A stretch of 64,000 nt of DNA, taken from the NCBI GenBank assembly GCA_036389485.1, contig DASVPR010000037.1:22972-86971 (forward strand), read 5' to 3'. Source of the DNA: Solirubrobacteraceae bacterium (GTDB taxonomy: Bacteria > Actinomycetota > Thermoleophilia > Solirubrobacterales > Solirubrobacteraceae). Every line of letters starts with the position of its first letter. Positions within the stretch are counted from its first letter, which is position 1. Below the pieces are notes generated by a model. It was not told the origin of the DNA and searched no databases. It saw only the letters and a list, made by a program, of their open reading frames with translations. This document shows positions 26,351 through 36,591 of the stretch, in pieces. The translations under genes and the position numbers were made by a program.

Positions 26351-29079
26351 CGGCAGACGGTGTCGATGCCGGGCGAGGTCCGCTCCGCGTTCGGCCCGGA
26401 CTTCGCCTCGGGGGCGAGGACGGGCGCCGCCGACGCCGCCTGCTCCGCGGCCCCGCGCAGCAGGCGCCAGCGGCCACCGATGCGCGCGTCGAGCCGGAGC
26501 TCCTCGCCCGCGCCGATGCGCACGCCGCTGAAGGTCGCCTCCACGGGCCGGCGGCCGACGAGGCACGACGCGTAGACGTCGATCCTCGCCGCGGCCTCGG
26601 AGCGCACCCGCCAGCCGTCGAAGCTCACCACGTCCGCGGCGCGCCGGACCGCGATCGGCCGCGCCGCGCCGCGCGTCGCCGGCTCGCGCGGCGTCAGCAC
26701 GCGCAGCGGCGGGCCGTCGAACGCGTCCAGCCCCTTCGCGACCCAGCTCGTCAGCCCGGGCTGATGGCACGCGACCACGTACGCGCCCTGGGACTGCGGG
26801 TGCTGCCACTCGCCGCACTCGTCGATCGCCCGCTCGATGCGCCCGGCGTTGCCGGCGATCCGATTCGCGACGTCCGCGCCCAGCGGCTCTTCGCCCTCGG
26901 CGGGCAGCGGCTCCGGCGACTCGACCGCGTCGCACGGCCGCGCCTTGCCGTCGTAGTCCTGCTGCCACAGCGGGCTCCGCGGCCCGTTGGCCTCGTACAG
27001 CTCGAACTCCAGGCGCGACTCGCCGAGACGCGTGTGCCCGAAGCGCCCAGCCCAGCACGCCCAGCGTGCCTGCGCGAGGTTCTGCACCGGCACCTGCGTG
27101 GGCTCGAGCACGATCTGGCGCGTCGTCCGGCACTCCGGCCGGTCGTTGATCAGCCCGAACGGCGCCCTCCGGCGCCGCTGCTCGAGGCAGGACTCGTAGC
27201 TGGCGTGGCTGCCGCGGGCGACGTGCACGTCGACGTGGGACCCGTTGCGCGCCAGGGCCGGCTCGTCCCACAGGAACGGCTCGCCGCCGTCGTGCCGCGC
27301 CATCCAGAGCGCGACGGGCGTGCGCGTCGCCGAGAGCACCACCCCGACGTGCTCGAAGTCGCCCTCGTGGTAGCCGGCGCGGCCGACGGGGATCTCGGCC
27401 GCCGCGAGCGGCTGGTAGTTGAACGTGTAGAAGAACCAGTACTGCAGGGACGCGATCTGGCCGGCCCCCGGGTCCGAGAGCAGGAAGTACTCGCGCGCCG
27501 TGCGGTAGGGATCGCTGCTCCCCAGGGCCTGGACCATCTGGTTGTGCTGATGGTCGGCCTTGTCGAAGTCGCCGGGGTAGTCGAGCCATTCGGTCTCGCC
27601 GCCGCGATACGGGAGGTCCCCGGCCGACAGCACGGGCACGCACGGCGGCCGGCGGCAGAGCGACTTCCCGCGCTGCTTCAGGTCGAAGATCGTCAGGAGC
27701 GACACCGGCCAGAAGCCGTCGTTCGACGACACGTGCAGCCGCGGCTGGAAGCGCTGGGCCAGCCGGCGCTCGGGCGTCAGCAGCTGCGACGCGGGCGTCG
27801 TGGCCGCCTTGCACGGGTCGCGCCCGCCGGGGTCGCGCGGCGGCCGCGGCGGGACGGAGGTGGCCGCGGCGCCGCCCTGCGTCAGGGGCTCGCGGTTGAG
27901 CGCGAGCTCGTCGCGCAGTGTGAGCGCCCTGTCCTGCGCGTCCATGACCGGCTCGAGCGGGCCGATCGCCGACGCGACGAGCCGGTCGGTGGGGGCCCAC
28001 AGCAGCCGGCCGCTGTCGTTCGCCAGCTCGCGTCCCTGGGCAGTCCCGCGGAGGTCGATGCGCGCGTAGTAGAGGCGCCCGTCGTTCTCGCCGACGTACA
28101 GGCCGCAGACCGGATGGGCGTCGTTGGTGCGCAGCAGCGCGACCCCCTGGGCCTGCGGGTCCTCGAGCGCGCGCGCGAAGTTGAACGCCGCGCCGAAGAG
28201 CACGATCGTCAAGAAGACGGTCACCCCGTACCAGCGGAACTGGTTGCCGGTCACGTGCGCGATCGCCAGGTTGACCAGCCCGAGCGCGAGCGCGATCCCG
28301 GCGACGCCCGCCACCCACTTGCTCTCCCGGCCGACGGCGACGAACGCGAATGCTCCGACGCCGACGGCGGTGGCGACGATCCCCCACGAGCGGGCGGGGC
28401 CCTTCGCCGTCCCGGCGACCGAGAGCGCCGCGCCGGCGAGCACGAGGACCAGCCCGAGGGCGTAGGCGTCGCGCTCGGGGTCGACGACCGCGAGGGCGAC
28501 GACCGACGCCACCAGGACGACGATCCCGGCCCACAGGCGGAGCCGTCTGACCTCGAGCACGCCCGTGAAGAAGACGGCACGCGCACGGTCGCCGAGCGCG
28601 CCTAGAGGATTCACCGGATGGTCGCGGTTCCAGTACGCCGCCTGCTCGAGCAGCACCGCGATCGCGACGAGGGCGGCCAGCGCGAGTGCCGACAGCGGCA
28701 CCCACTCGCGAGGCTCCCAGTCCTCGACCACGAACGCCGCGGTGACCTCGAGGAGGATCACGACGAGCAGCCCGCGCCGGGTGCGCAGGCTCGCCGTCCC
28801 GCCGCTGTCGAGCAGACGCAGCACCAGCACCGAGACGAGCCCGCCCAGCACGAACAGCACGAGCGCGATCGCGCCGGCGGTCACGAGATCGCGCCGCGAC
28901 TGCACGGCGACCGCCTGGTCGGCCGGGAGCTGCGCGGCCTCGAACCGGCTCCAGAGGATCACGCCGCCGACGAACGCGACGAAGCCGACCGCGACGACGG
29001 CGGCGGCGAGCGCGGCGGCGAACCGCAGGGCGAGCTCTACGAGCTTGTCGGCGGTGCCCCCTGCCTCCCCGGCCTCCAC
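26347..29079 (-). CDS. polytopic membrane protein with an extracytoplasmic Vps62/DUF946-like domain
   Basis: The first ~330 aa are strongly hydrophobic and contain many TM helices. Further along are FQPRLHVSSNDGFWPVSL, LQYWFFYTFNY, GYHEGDFEHVGVVL and HVARGSHASY, which match the pattern of the Vps62 family. Confidence 0.6.
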   Translation of the reverse strand: MEAGEAGGTADKLVELALRFAAALAAAVVAVGFVAFVGGVILWSRFEAAQLPADQAVAVQSRRDLVTAGAIALVLFVLGGLVSVLVLRLLDSGGTASLRTRRGLLVVILLEVTAAFVVEDWEPREWVPLSALALAALVAIAVLLEQAAYWNRDHPVNPLGALGDRARAVFFTGVLEVRRLRLWAGIVVLVASVVALAVVDPERDAYALGLVLVLAGAALSVAGTAKGPARSWGIVATAVGVGAFAFVAVGRESKWVAGVAGIALALGLVNLAIAHVTGNQFRWYGVTVFLTIVLFGAAFNFARALEDPQAQGVALLRTNDAHPVCGLYVGENDGRLYYARIDLRGTAQGRELANDSGRLLWAPTDRLVASAIGPLEPVMDAQDRALTLRDELALNREPLTQGGAAATSVPPRPPRDPGGRDPCKAATTPASQLLTPERRLAQRFQPRLHVSSNDGFWPVSLLTIFDLKQRGKSLCRRPPCVPVLSAGDLPYRGGETEWLDYPGDFDKADHQHNQMVQALGSSDPYRTAREYFLLSDPGAGQIASLQYWFFYTFNYQPLAAAEIPVGRAGYHEGDFEHVGVVLSATRTPVALWMARHDGGEPFLWDEPALARNGSHVDVHVARGSHASYESCLEQRRRRAPFGLINDRPECRTTRQIVLEPTQVPVQNLAQARWACWAGRFGHTRLGESRLEFELYEANGPRSPLWQQDYDGKARPCDAVESPEPLPAEGEEPLGADVANRIAGNAGRIERAIDECGEWQHPQSQGAYVVACHQPGLTSWVAKGLDAFDGPPLRVLTPREPATRGAARPIAVRRAADVVSFDGWRVRSEAAARIDVYASCLVGRRPVEATFSGVRIGAGEELRLDARIGGRWRLLRGAAEQAASAAPVLAPEAKSGPNAERTSPGIDTVCR

Positions 29080-29124
29080 CGGACGAGTCTCGCCCTGCGG
29101 TGCAGGTCAGTCAAGCTCGTCGGC

Positions 29125-30684
<1,560 letters not shown>

Positions 30685-30845
30685 ACGCCGAGTCTAGGCG
30701 GTGCGCTGGAGTTGTCGAGATGACGAACAGTCGACCAATCTTGCGCAAGAAACGTCTCTCGATAGCGTTGAAGAGCGAGATCCGCTGAACGGGCTCGCGA
30801 AGTTGAGCGTGTGACGGCGGCCGTAACCACTGGGGGAGGCCCCAT

Positions 30846-31604
30846 ATGTCCGTCCTCTTGGCGCGCCGGCGCGAGGGCCCGCGCGCGCCGCGCCGGTTGC
30901 GCCGGCCAGTCGTGCTGTTGGCGGCGCTGCTGACGGTGTCCGGCGCCGTCGCGCTGACGACGGCGTCCCACGCCGTGGTCTGGGAATCGCTCGACCTCGT
31001 CGAGACCCCGGGGGCACCGTACGTGCAGCAGGTCGGGGCCGCTCAGGAGACGGCTCAGGACAAGTCCGAGCATCCCGTGACCGGCTGCGTGTGGTTCCCG
31101 CAGGTCATCAACGAATGTCGCGTGCGGGACGCGAGTGAGACCGCGATGAGCCAGCGCGCGACCGCAGATCGAGCGCTCGACGGCCCAAGCAACGCGGTGC
31201 CCCCGGTGCTCGAGACGCCTCCGCACGGCGAGTGCGTCGTCGTCGAGGGCCGGGCGGCGACGTGCACGCGCGGCGGCAGCGGCGGCGGGAACAGCGGCCG
31301 CACGTACTACAAGGGCAATCCGCGCCCGGAGTGCGAGCTGCAGCGCCCGGACGTCTACTCGACGAACGACCACATCCCCAAGGTGACGTACAACAGCCTG
31401 CGTATGTGTCGCGCGATGCAAGGGGGCATCTTCAGCGTCACGCGCGACAACCGAAGGGATTGCTGGGACACGTGCGACGGCTGGAGCGGGCCCGACGACT
31501 CGCTCATGTGGCGGAGCTTCTCCGCTCGCTTCCGGAAGAACTACTGCTACAACGACGGCGCAAGGTCGAGCTACGTCCGCTGTGCCTACGACTGGGTGAG
31601 GTGA
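30846..31604 (+). CDS. Cys-rich (10 Cys) secreted or membrane-anchored protein, unknown function
   Basis: It has an N-terminal Arg-rich segment followed by a hydrophobic segment (VVLLAALLTVSGAVALTTASHA). The gene is visibly more AT-rich than its surroundings. Confidence 0.6.
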   Translation: MSVLLARRREGPRAPRRLRRPVVLLAALLTVSGAVALTTASHAVVWESLDLVETPGAPYVQQVGAAQETAQDKSEHPVTGCVWFPQVINECRVRDASETAMSQRATADRALDGPSNAVPPVLETPPHGECVVVEGRAATCTRGGSGGGNSGRTYYKGNPRPECELQRPDVYSTNDHIPKVTYNSLRMCRAMQGGIFSVTRDNRRDCWDTCDGWSGPDDSLMWRSFSARFRKNYCYNDGARSSYVRCAYDWVR

Positions 31605-31609
31605 GGCGG

Positions 31610-32191
31610 ATGACGACGATGAAGCAGCTGTTCCTGCCGGCGCTAGCGGTGGCGGTGCTCGCCGTGCTCGGAGCAGGCGCCGGAACGCTGTTCGCGACCG
31701 ACCAGCAGCCGCCGTTCCGGGTGCTGGCCGAGACGGCCGAAGAGGGCGACGCGCTCCCCCAGGCGGTGCTCGACTCGCCCGGAGCGGCTGACCTCGGGCC
31801 CGCCGAGACCGCGCGACGCGTCGCGACGTACGAGGACCGCACGTACTACCTAATGCGCGGGGCGGAGGATCGTCTGTGCCTCGTCGACTACAAGGCTCCC
31901 GACAACGTGGGCGCGATCTGCGTCCCGTGGCAGGGCGACAGCCTCAAGACGCTGGTCTCCCACTCGTCGTTCGACGCCGACGGCAACCGGTTTACGGCCG
32001 TCCTGGCGCCTGACGGCTACGACGAGCTGTGGGCCGGCGGGAAGGACGGCGCGTCGAGCAGCAAGCGCGTGGTCGACAACCTCGCGATCGTGCCGACCGA
32101 CGAGACGACCGAGCTGGCGCTGGTCGGCGACGGCGTCGAGCCGTTGGCCCTGCAGCTGATGCCGCGGTCGGCGATGCTGGGTCCGGAGTAG
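31610..32191 (+). CDS. secreted or anchored protein, unknown function
   Basis: ATG at 31610, 5 nt after the upstream stop. It has a signal/anchor segment (LFLPALAVAVLAVLGAGAG). Confidence 0.6.
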   Translation: MTTMKQLFLPALAVAVLAVLGAGAGTLFATDQQPPFRVLAETAEEGDALPQAVLDSPGAADLGPAETARRVATYEDRTYYLMRGAEDRLCLVDYKAPDNVGAICVPWQGDSLKTLVSHSSFDADGNRFTAVLAPDGYDELWAGGKDGASSSKRVVDNLAIVPTDETTELALVGDGVEPLALQLMPRSAMLGPE

Positions 32192-32205
32192 CCCCGAGCG
32201 AAACG

Positions 32206-32235
32206 CTCCGCGCCTTGGGCGGCCAAGGCGCGGAG
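32206..32235 (+). terminator. perfect 13-bp GC-rich hairpin (CTCCGCGCCTTGG-GCGG-CCAAGGCGCGGAG)
   Basis: The hairpin was read directly from the sequence. It lies 15 nt after the stop at 32191. Only a weak T tract (GGTTT) follows. Confidence 0.6.
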
Positions 32236-32281
32236 CCGCCGGTTTACGCAAGTTCGGTCTGTCACCTGCGTTCCCGCTCAC

Positions 32282-34228
32282 ATGCCCCTCGTACGTGCCG
32301 TGCTCATCGCTGCCCTGCTCGCCCTCGTCCCGGCCGCCGCCGCGTTCGCGCACATGCAGGACCAGTCGCCGACGAGCATCGAGGAGGAGACGGGCTACCA
32401 GTGGGGGGAGATCAACGCCCCGACGTTCTCCGCCGCGATGCGCAACGTGCCCCTGCCGGCGAATCCGCCCGGGCCGTGCACCGAGTACGCGAAGCGGATG
32501 ATGCCCGCGCACGAGGGCCACGACCACACCGACATCAACCAGCACCGCTTCCAGTGCGAGATGGAGACGGTCGCGTTCGAGTCGATGACCGAGCAGTTCT
32601 CCGCGCGGCCGGACATCGCGTTCGGCGAGATGGACATCAAGGGCGACCTCGCCGTCGTGGCGACCGCCTATCCGGAGTCCGGCTTCGTCCTCTTCGACGT
32701 CTCCGACACCTCGAAGCCGAAGTTCCTCAGCTGGTACCGCAGCGACGAGTGCGAGGGCCTCTTGATCGACGTCGACTGCGGCGCGTTCGTCGACCTCTCT
32801 CCCGACGGCAAGCGCGTGTACATCTCGGTGCAGCAGATCTCGGTCGTGCCGGGCGGCGCGCCGTCGCCGAAGCCGGGCGCCGCCGCGTACCCGGGGGTCG
32901 AGGTCGTCGACATCTCCGACCGCACCGCACCGGCGCTCCGGCAGAAGCTGCCGGTCACGTCGGTGGGCGGCGTGCACACGACGCGCTCGTTCGAGGTGCC
33001 GGGCAAGGGCGAGTACACGGTGTCGGTCGCCAACGGCGTCGGCGCGATGCTCCACAAGGTCGATCCCGCCACCGGGACCCTCTCGCCCCTCCACATGATC
33101 GAGATGCAGGAGCTGCACGACACGTTCATCCAGCAGGACCCGATGACGGGCAAGACGCTGCTCTACATCGCGGGCGGCTTCGACTCGGGCTTCTACGTGT
33201 TCGACGTGAGCGACCCGGCCAGCCCGGTCGGCCTGGCCGAGTGGGACATCACGCCGGAGTGCGAGAACGACTGGTACGCGCACACGCTCGACGTCACCAC
33301 GATCAACGGCCGCCGGATCGTGACGCTGCCGGTGGAGCTGATCGACTTCTTCGGCGAGCAGTCCGAGGAGGACCAGAAGGAGGGCTGCGGCAAGTTCCAG
33401 GGCAACGGCGACTTCAGCGGCCCGCTGTTCATCGTCGACGCCACCGACTTCTCGAAGCTCGGCGAGGTCAACACGCAGGACGACGAGGCGGAGGAGACGG
33501 CGTCGGACATCAAGGCGAGGTCCGAGGCGTCGCTGATCACCGTCTGGTCCAACGCGGCGCACCGCGCCGGCGGCGAGCTGACGTTCTCGCCGCACAACCA
33601 GCAGATCGTCGGCGATCGGATCTTCCTGTCCGGCTACCACGGCGGCGTGACCGTGCTCGACGCGAGCGACGCGTTCGCGGGCAAGAACGTCCGCCCGCGC
33701 GAGCTCGGCGTGCTCGTGCCGCACGGCGACACGACGCGGCCGATCCACCCCGACCGGGGTGGCACCCCCGCCTACAGCCGGTTCTTCACGTCGTTCATCG
33801 ACTATCGCCCGCTGATCTGGGACATGCAGTGGCATCGCGGCCACGTCCTGGCGGCGGACATGGTCGGCGGCTTCTACGCGCTGAAGTACACGGGCGAGGA
33901 GAGGATCCCGGCCAACGACCCGGATCCGTACAAGGCGGTCACGCCGGCCGAGTCGACCGCGCGCGGGCTGACCCTGCGGTTCACGCGCAACCGGCTGACC
34001 GGGCGGCGCCTGCGGATGGACGTCGTGGGGCCGAGCGTGGCGAACGTGAAGTCGGTGCGGTTCCTGCTGAACGGGCACCGCGTGCGGGTCGACCGGCGCG
34101 CGCCGTTCCGGGTCACGGTGAAGCTCAGCCGCCGCAACTTCAAGCGGCTGCACATGACCGCGATCGCGACGCTCTCCGACGGGTCGCGCGTGCCGCTGCG
34201 GCGGACGCTGCGCTCGCGGCTCCGGTAA
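32282..34228 (+). CDS. exported LVIVD-repeat beta-propeller protein with an Ig-like basic C-terminal domain
   Basis: It has a signal peptide. Repeated LVIVD-type strands are present: GFVLFDVSD, GVEVVDISD, GFYVFDVSD, PLFIVDATD, GVTVLDASD. Confidence 0.7.
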   Translation: MPLVRAVLIAALLALVPAAAAFAHMQDQSPTSIEEETGYQWGEINAPTFSAAMRNVPLPANPPGPCTEYAKRMMPAHEGHDHTDINQHRFQCEMETVAFESMTEQFSARPDIAFGEMDIKGDLAVVATAYPESGFVLFDVSDTSKPKFLSWYRSDECEGLLIDVDCGAFVDLSPDGKRVYISVQQISVVPGGAPSPKPGAAAYPGVEVVDISDRTAPALRQKLPVTSVGGVHTTRSFEVPGKGEYTVSVANGVGAMLHKVDPATGTLSPLHMIEMQELHDTFIQQDPMTGKTLLYIAGGFDSGFYVFDVSDPASPVGLAEWDITPECENDWYAHTLDVTTINGRRIVTLPVELIDFFGEQSEEDQKEGCGKFQGNGDFSGPLFIVDATDFSKLGEVNTQDDEAEETASDIKARSEASLITVWSNAAHRAGGELTFSPHNQQIVGDRIFLSGYHGGVTVLDASDAFAGKNVRPRELGVLVPHGDTTRPIHPDRGGTPAYSRFFTSFIDYRPLIWDMQWHRGHVLAADMVGGFYALKYTGEERIPANDPDPYKAVTPAESTARGLTLRFTRNRLTGRRLRMDVVGPSVANVKSVRFLLNGHRVRVDRRAPFRVTVKLSRRNFKRLHMTAIATLSDGSRVPLRRTLRSRLR

Positions 34229-34243
34229 GCGGCGTCTGACACC

Positions 34244-34272
34244 CTCCGCGCCGTGCGGCACACGGCGCGGAG
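34244..34272 (+). promoter_or_regulatory. perfect 12-bp hairpin (CTCCGCGCCGTG-CGGCA-CACGGCGCGGAG) that contains the GTG start of the next gene
   Basis: The hairpin was read directly from the sequence. Its outer stem (CTCCGCGCC/GGCGCGGAG) is the same as in the hairpin at 32206-32235. It may act as a terminator for the LVIVD gene, a translational occluder of the 34253 start, or both. Confidence 0.55.
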
Positions 34273-35638
34273 CTGGTGGCTCGACGAGGCGGGCGGGGTC
34301 GCCGATCCCGCCCCTTCGCTGCGCGGGGACGTCGCCGCCGACGTCGTCGTGGTGGGCGGCGGCTACACCGGGATGTGGGCGGCGTGGCACCTGGCCGGCG
34401 AGGGCGCGTCGGTCGCGCTGGTGGAGGCGGACGTCTGCGGGCACGGGCCGAGCGGGCGCAACGGCGGGTTCGTCGAGGACGTGTGGCTGTCGCTGCCGTC
34501 GCTGGTGGCCCGGTCCGGGGAGGCCGGCGCGCTCGCGGTGGGGCGCGCGGCCGAGGGCTCGGTGCGGGCGATCGAGGCGTGGTGCTCTTCGGAGGGCGTC
34601 GACTCCTGGTTCCGCGGCGGCGGGCAGCTCGTCGTGTCGACCGCTGCCGGGTTCGACGGCGTCGGGGAGGAGGCGGCAGGCGTGGCCGCTTCGCTCGGCG
34701 TCGCGGACCGGGTCGTGGTGCTGGACGGCGAGGACGTCGCGGCGCGGTGCTCCTCGCCGGTGTTCCGGGCCGGCGTGTGGATGCCGGCGGGCGCGACCGT
34801 GCAGCCGGCGCGGCTCGCGCTCGGTCTGCGGGCGGCGCTGATCGCGCGCGGGGTGCGGGTGTTCGAGGGCACGCGCGTGCGGCGGGTGGCCGACGGGCGC
34901 GGCGTCGAGACCGACGGCGGGCGGGTGCTCGCGAGCCAGGTCGTGCTGGGCGCGGGCGGGGCGCTCGCCGGGTTCCCGCCGCTGCGGGGGCGGCTGACGG
35001 TCGCCTCGTCGCACATCGTCCTGACCGAGCCGGTGCCCGACGTGCTGGAGGCGGTCGGGTGGACGGGCGGCGAGGCGATCACCGACGCCCGGACGCTGCT
35101 GCACTACTTCCGGACGACCCGCGACGGGCGGATCGCGTTCGGCTGGGCGGGCGGGCGCCTCGCGGCCGGCGCGCGGCTGCGCGGGCGGATCGAGGTGGAC
35201 CCGGCCGTCGTCGCCGCCGCCCGCGAGCACCTGGTGCGGATCTTCCCCGCGCTCCGCGGCCGCCGGATCACCCACGCGTGGGGCGGCCCGATCGACATCG
35301 CCCCGTCGCGGATGGTCGTGACCGGCTCGCTGCCCTCCGGCCGCGTCCACTTCGCGTACGGCTACACCGGCAACGGCGTCGGCCCGTCGCAGCTCGCCGG
35401 CCGGATCCTCGCCTCGCTCGCGCTCGACCGCCGCGACGAGTGGACCGCGCTGCCGATCGTCGACCCGCCGCCCGAGCGCCGCGTCCCGCCGGAGCCGCTG
35501 CGGTGGCTCGGCGGGACGGCTGTGCTCACCGCGATGAAGCGCGCGGAGGCGGCGGAGGAGGCCGGCCGCCGCGCCGACCCGGTGACGAGGTTCGTCGCCG
35601 GCCTGCCGCGGAGGCTCGGGATCACGGTGGGGCGATGA
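34253..35638 (+). CDS. FAD-dependent oxidoreductase (DAO family; gamma-glutamylputrescine-oxidase/PuuB-like)
   Basis: It has a dinucleotide-binding motif (DVVVVGGGYTGMWAAWHLA) and a GRNGG motif. GTG at 34253 is the only in-frame start after the upstream stop at 34238. Confidence 0.7.
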   Translation: MRHTARSWWLDEAGGVADPAPSLRGDVAADVVVVGGGYTGMWAAWHLAGEGASVALVEADVCGHGPSGRNGGFVEDVWLSLPSLVARSGEAGALAVGRAAEGSVRAIEAWCSSEGVDSWFRGGGQLVVSTAAGFDGVGEEAAGVAASLGVADRVVVLDGEDVAARCSSPVFRAGVWMPAGATVQPARLALGLRAALIARGVRVFEGTRVRRVADGRGVETDGGRVLASQVVLGAGGALAGFPPLRGRLTVASSHIVLTEPVPDVLEAVGWTGGEAITDARTLLHYFRTTRDGRIAFGWAGGRLAAGARLRGRIEVDPAVVAAAREHLVRIFPALRGRRITHAWGGPIDIAPSRMVVTGSLPSGRVHFAYGYTGNGVGPSQLAGRILASLALDRRDEWTALPIVDPPPERRVPPEPLRWLGGTAVLTAMKRAEAAEEAGRRADPVTRFVAGLPRRLGITVGR

Positions 35639-36573
35639 CCCCTCACCCGGTCTTCGTCGTCGGGTGCCCGCGAAGCGGGACCGGGCTTCTGCGCGACCTC
35701 CTCCGCTCGCATCCGTCCCTCGCGTTCCCGACCGAGTCGCACTTCATCCCGGCGTTCCACCGCGGCTACGGCGACCCGCGCGACGAGGCGGAGGCGCTGG
35801 CGCTGGCGCGGCGGATCCTCGGGCTGCGCTGGGTGCGGGCGTGGCGGCTGCCACTGGAACCGCGCGACCTCGCGCACCACCGCTCCTACGCCGCGCTCGT
35901 CGACGACCTCTTCACCGCGTACGCCCGCCGCGCCGGCCGGCCGCGGTGGGGCGACAAGACGCCGCAGTACGTGCGCGCGATGCCGCAGCTGCGCGAGCTC
36001 TTCCCGCACGCGCGGTTCGTCCACATCGTGCGCGACGGCCGCGACGTCTGCCGCTCCGTCGTCGCCGCCGCGTTCGGCCCGCGCAACCTCGTCACCGCGG
36101 CGGCGTGGTGGCGCGGGCACGTCGCGGCCGGGCGCGCGGACGGCGCGCGGCTCGGGCCGAAGGCGTACCTCGAGGTGCGCTACGAGGACCTGCTCGCCGA
36201 GCCCGAGGAGGTGATGCGCGGGGTGGTCGCGTTCGTCGAGGAGCCGTGGGACGACGCCGTGCTGCGCCCGAGCCGGCGCGACCCGATCCGCCCCGAGCGC
36301 GCGGCGAGCTGGAGGATCGCGATGCCACGCGAGGATCGCCGCATCGTCGAGGCGGTCGCCGGCGATTTGCTCGCCGAGCTCGGCTACGACGTCCCCGACC
36401 CGCCGGGCACGATCGGCGCCCACGAACGCGCCGTCGCGCGGATCGACCACGCCGCGAGGATCCTCGCGCTGCGCCTCCGCCGCCGCGACCGCTCGTTCTG
36501 GACGACCGAGCTCGAACTGCGCCGCGCCGCGTGGCGCGCGCGCCTCCGCGGCGGGTGCGGAGGAATGGTTTAG
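35635..36573 (+). CDS. sulfotransferase-family protein
   Basis: It has a PAPS 5'-phosphosulfate loop (VVGCPRSGTGLL) and a 3'-phosphate motif (HIVRDGRDVCRS). It overlaps the upstream gene by ATGA. Confidence 0.7.
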   Translation: MTPHPVFVVGCPRSGTGLLRDLLRSHPSLAFPTESHFIPAFHRGYGDPRDEAEALALARRILGLRWVRAWRLPLEPRDLAHHRSYAALVDDLFTAYARRAGRPRWGDKTPQYVRAMPQLRELFPHARFVHIVRDGRDVCRSVVAAAFGPRNLVTAAAWWRGHVAAGRADGARLGPKAYLEVRYEDLLAEPEEVMRGVVAFVEEPWDDAVLRPSRRDPIRPERAASWRIAMPREDRRIVEAVAGDLLAELGYDVPDPPGTIGAHERAVARIDHAARILALRLRRRDRSFWTTELELRRAAWRARLRGGCGGMV

Positions 36574-36591
36574 GGTCGACACCACCTGTCG

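Noticed and set aside
22445-28705. A 2086-aa ORF on the minus strand, the longest in the track.
   Set aside because: Its product is Arg/Gly/Ala/Pro-rich nonsense with no motifs. It is antisense to the well-supported LAL regulator and alpha/beta hydrolase genes, and out of frame with the real minus-strand gene at 26347..29079. This is the typical stop-codon-poor shadow frame of a high-GC genome.
30685-30845. A possible Leu-rich leader peptide with attenuator, or a T-box, upstream of leuA.
   Set aside because: Reading the leuA strand, I found no short ORF with consecutive Leu codons and no convincing terminator/antiterminator pair. Only the 12-bp palindrome is reported.
31850-35350. A 1166-aa minus-strand ORF. 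The same reasoning applies to similar long ORFs at 5505..7850, 8397..9623, 17137..18879, 19472..22414, 19572..22400, 37457..39793 and 58466..61030.
   Set aside because: All of them are antisense or off-frame shadows of motif-supported genes. Their products are dominated by R/A/G/P/D and lack any recognisable domain.
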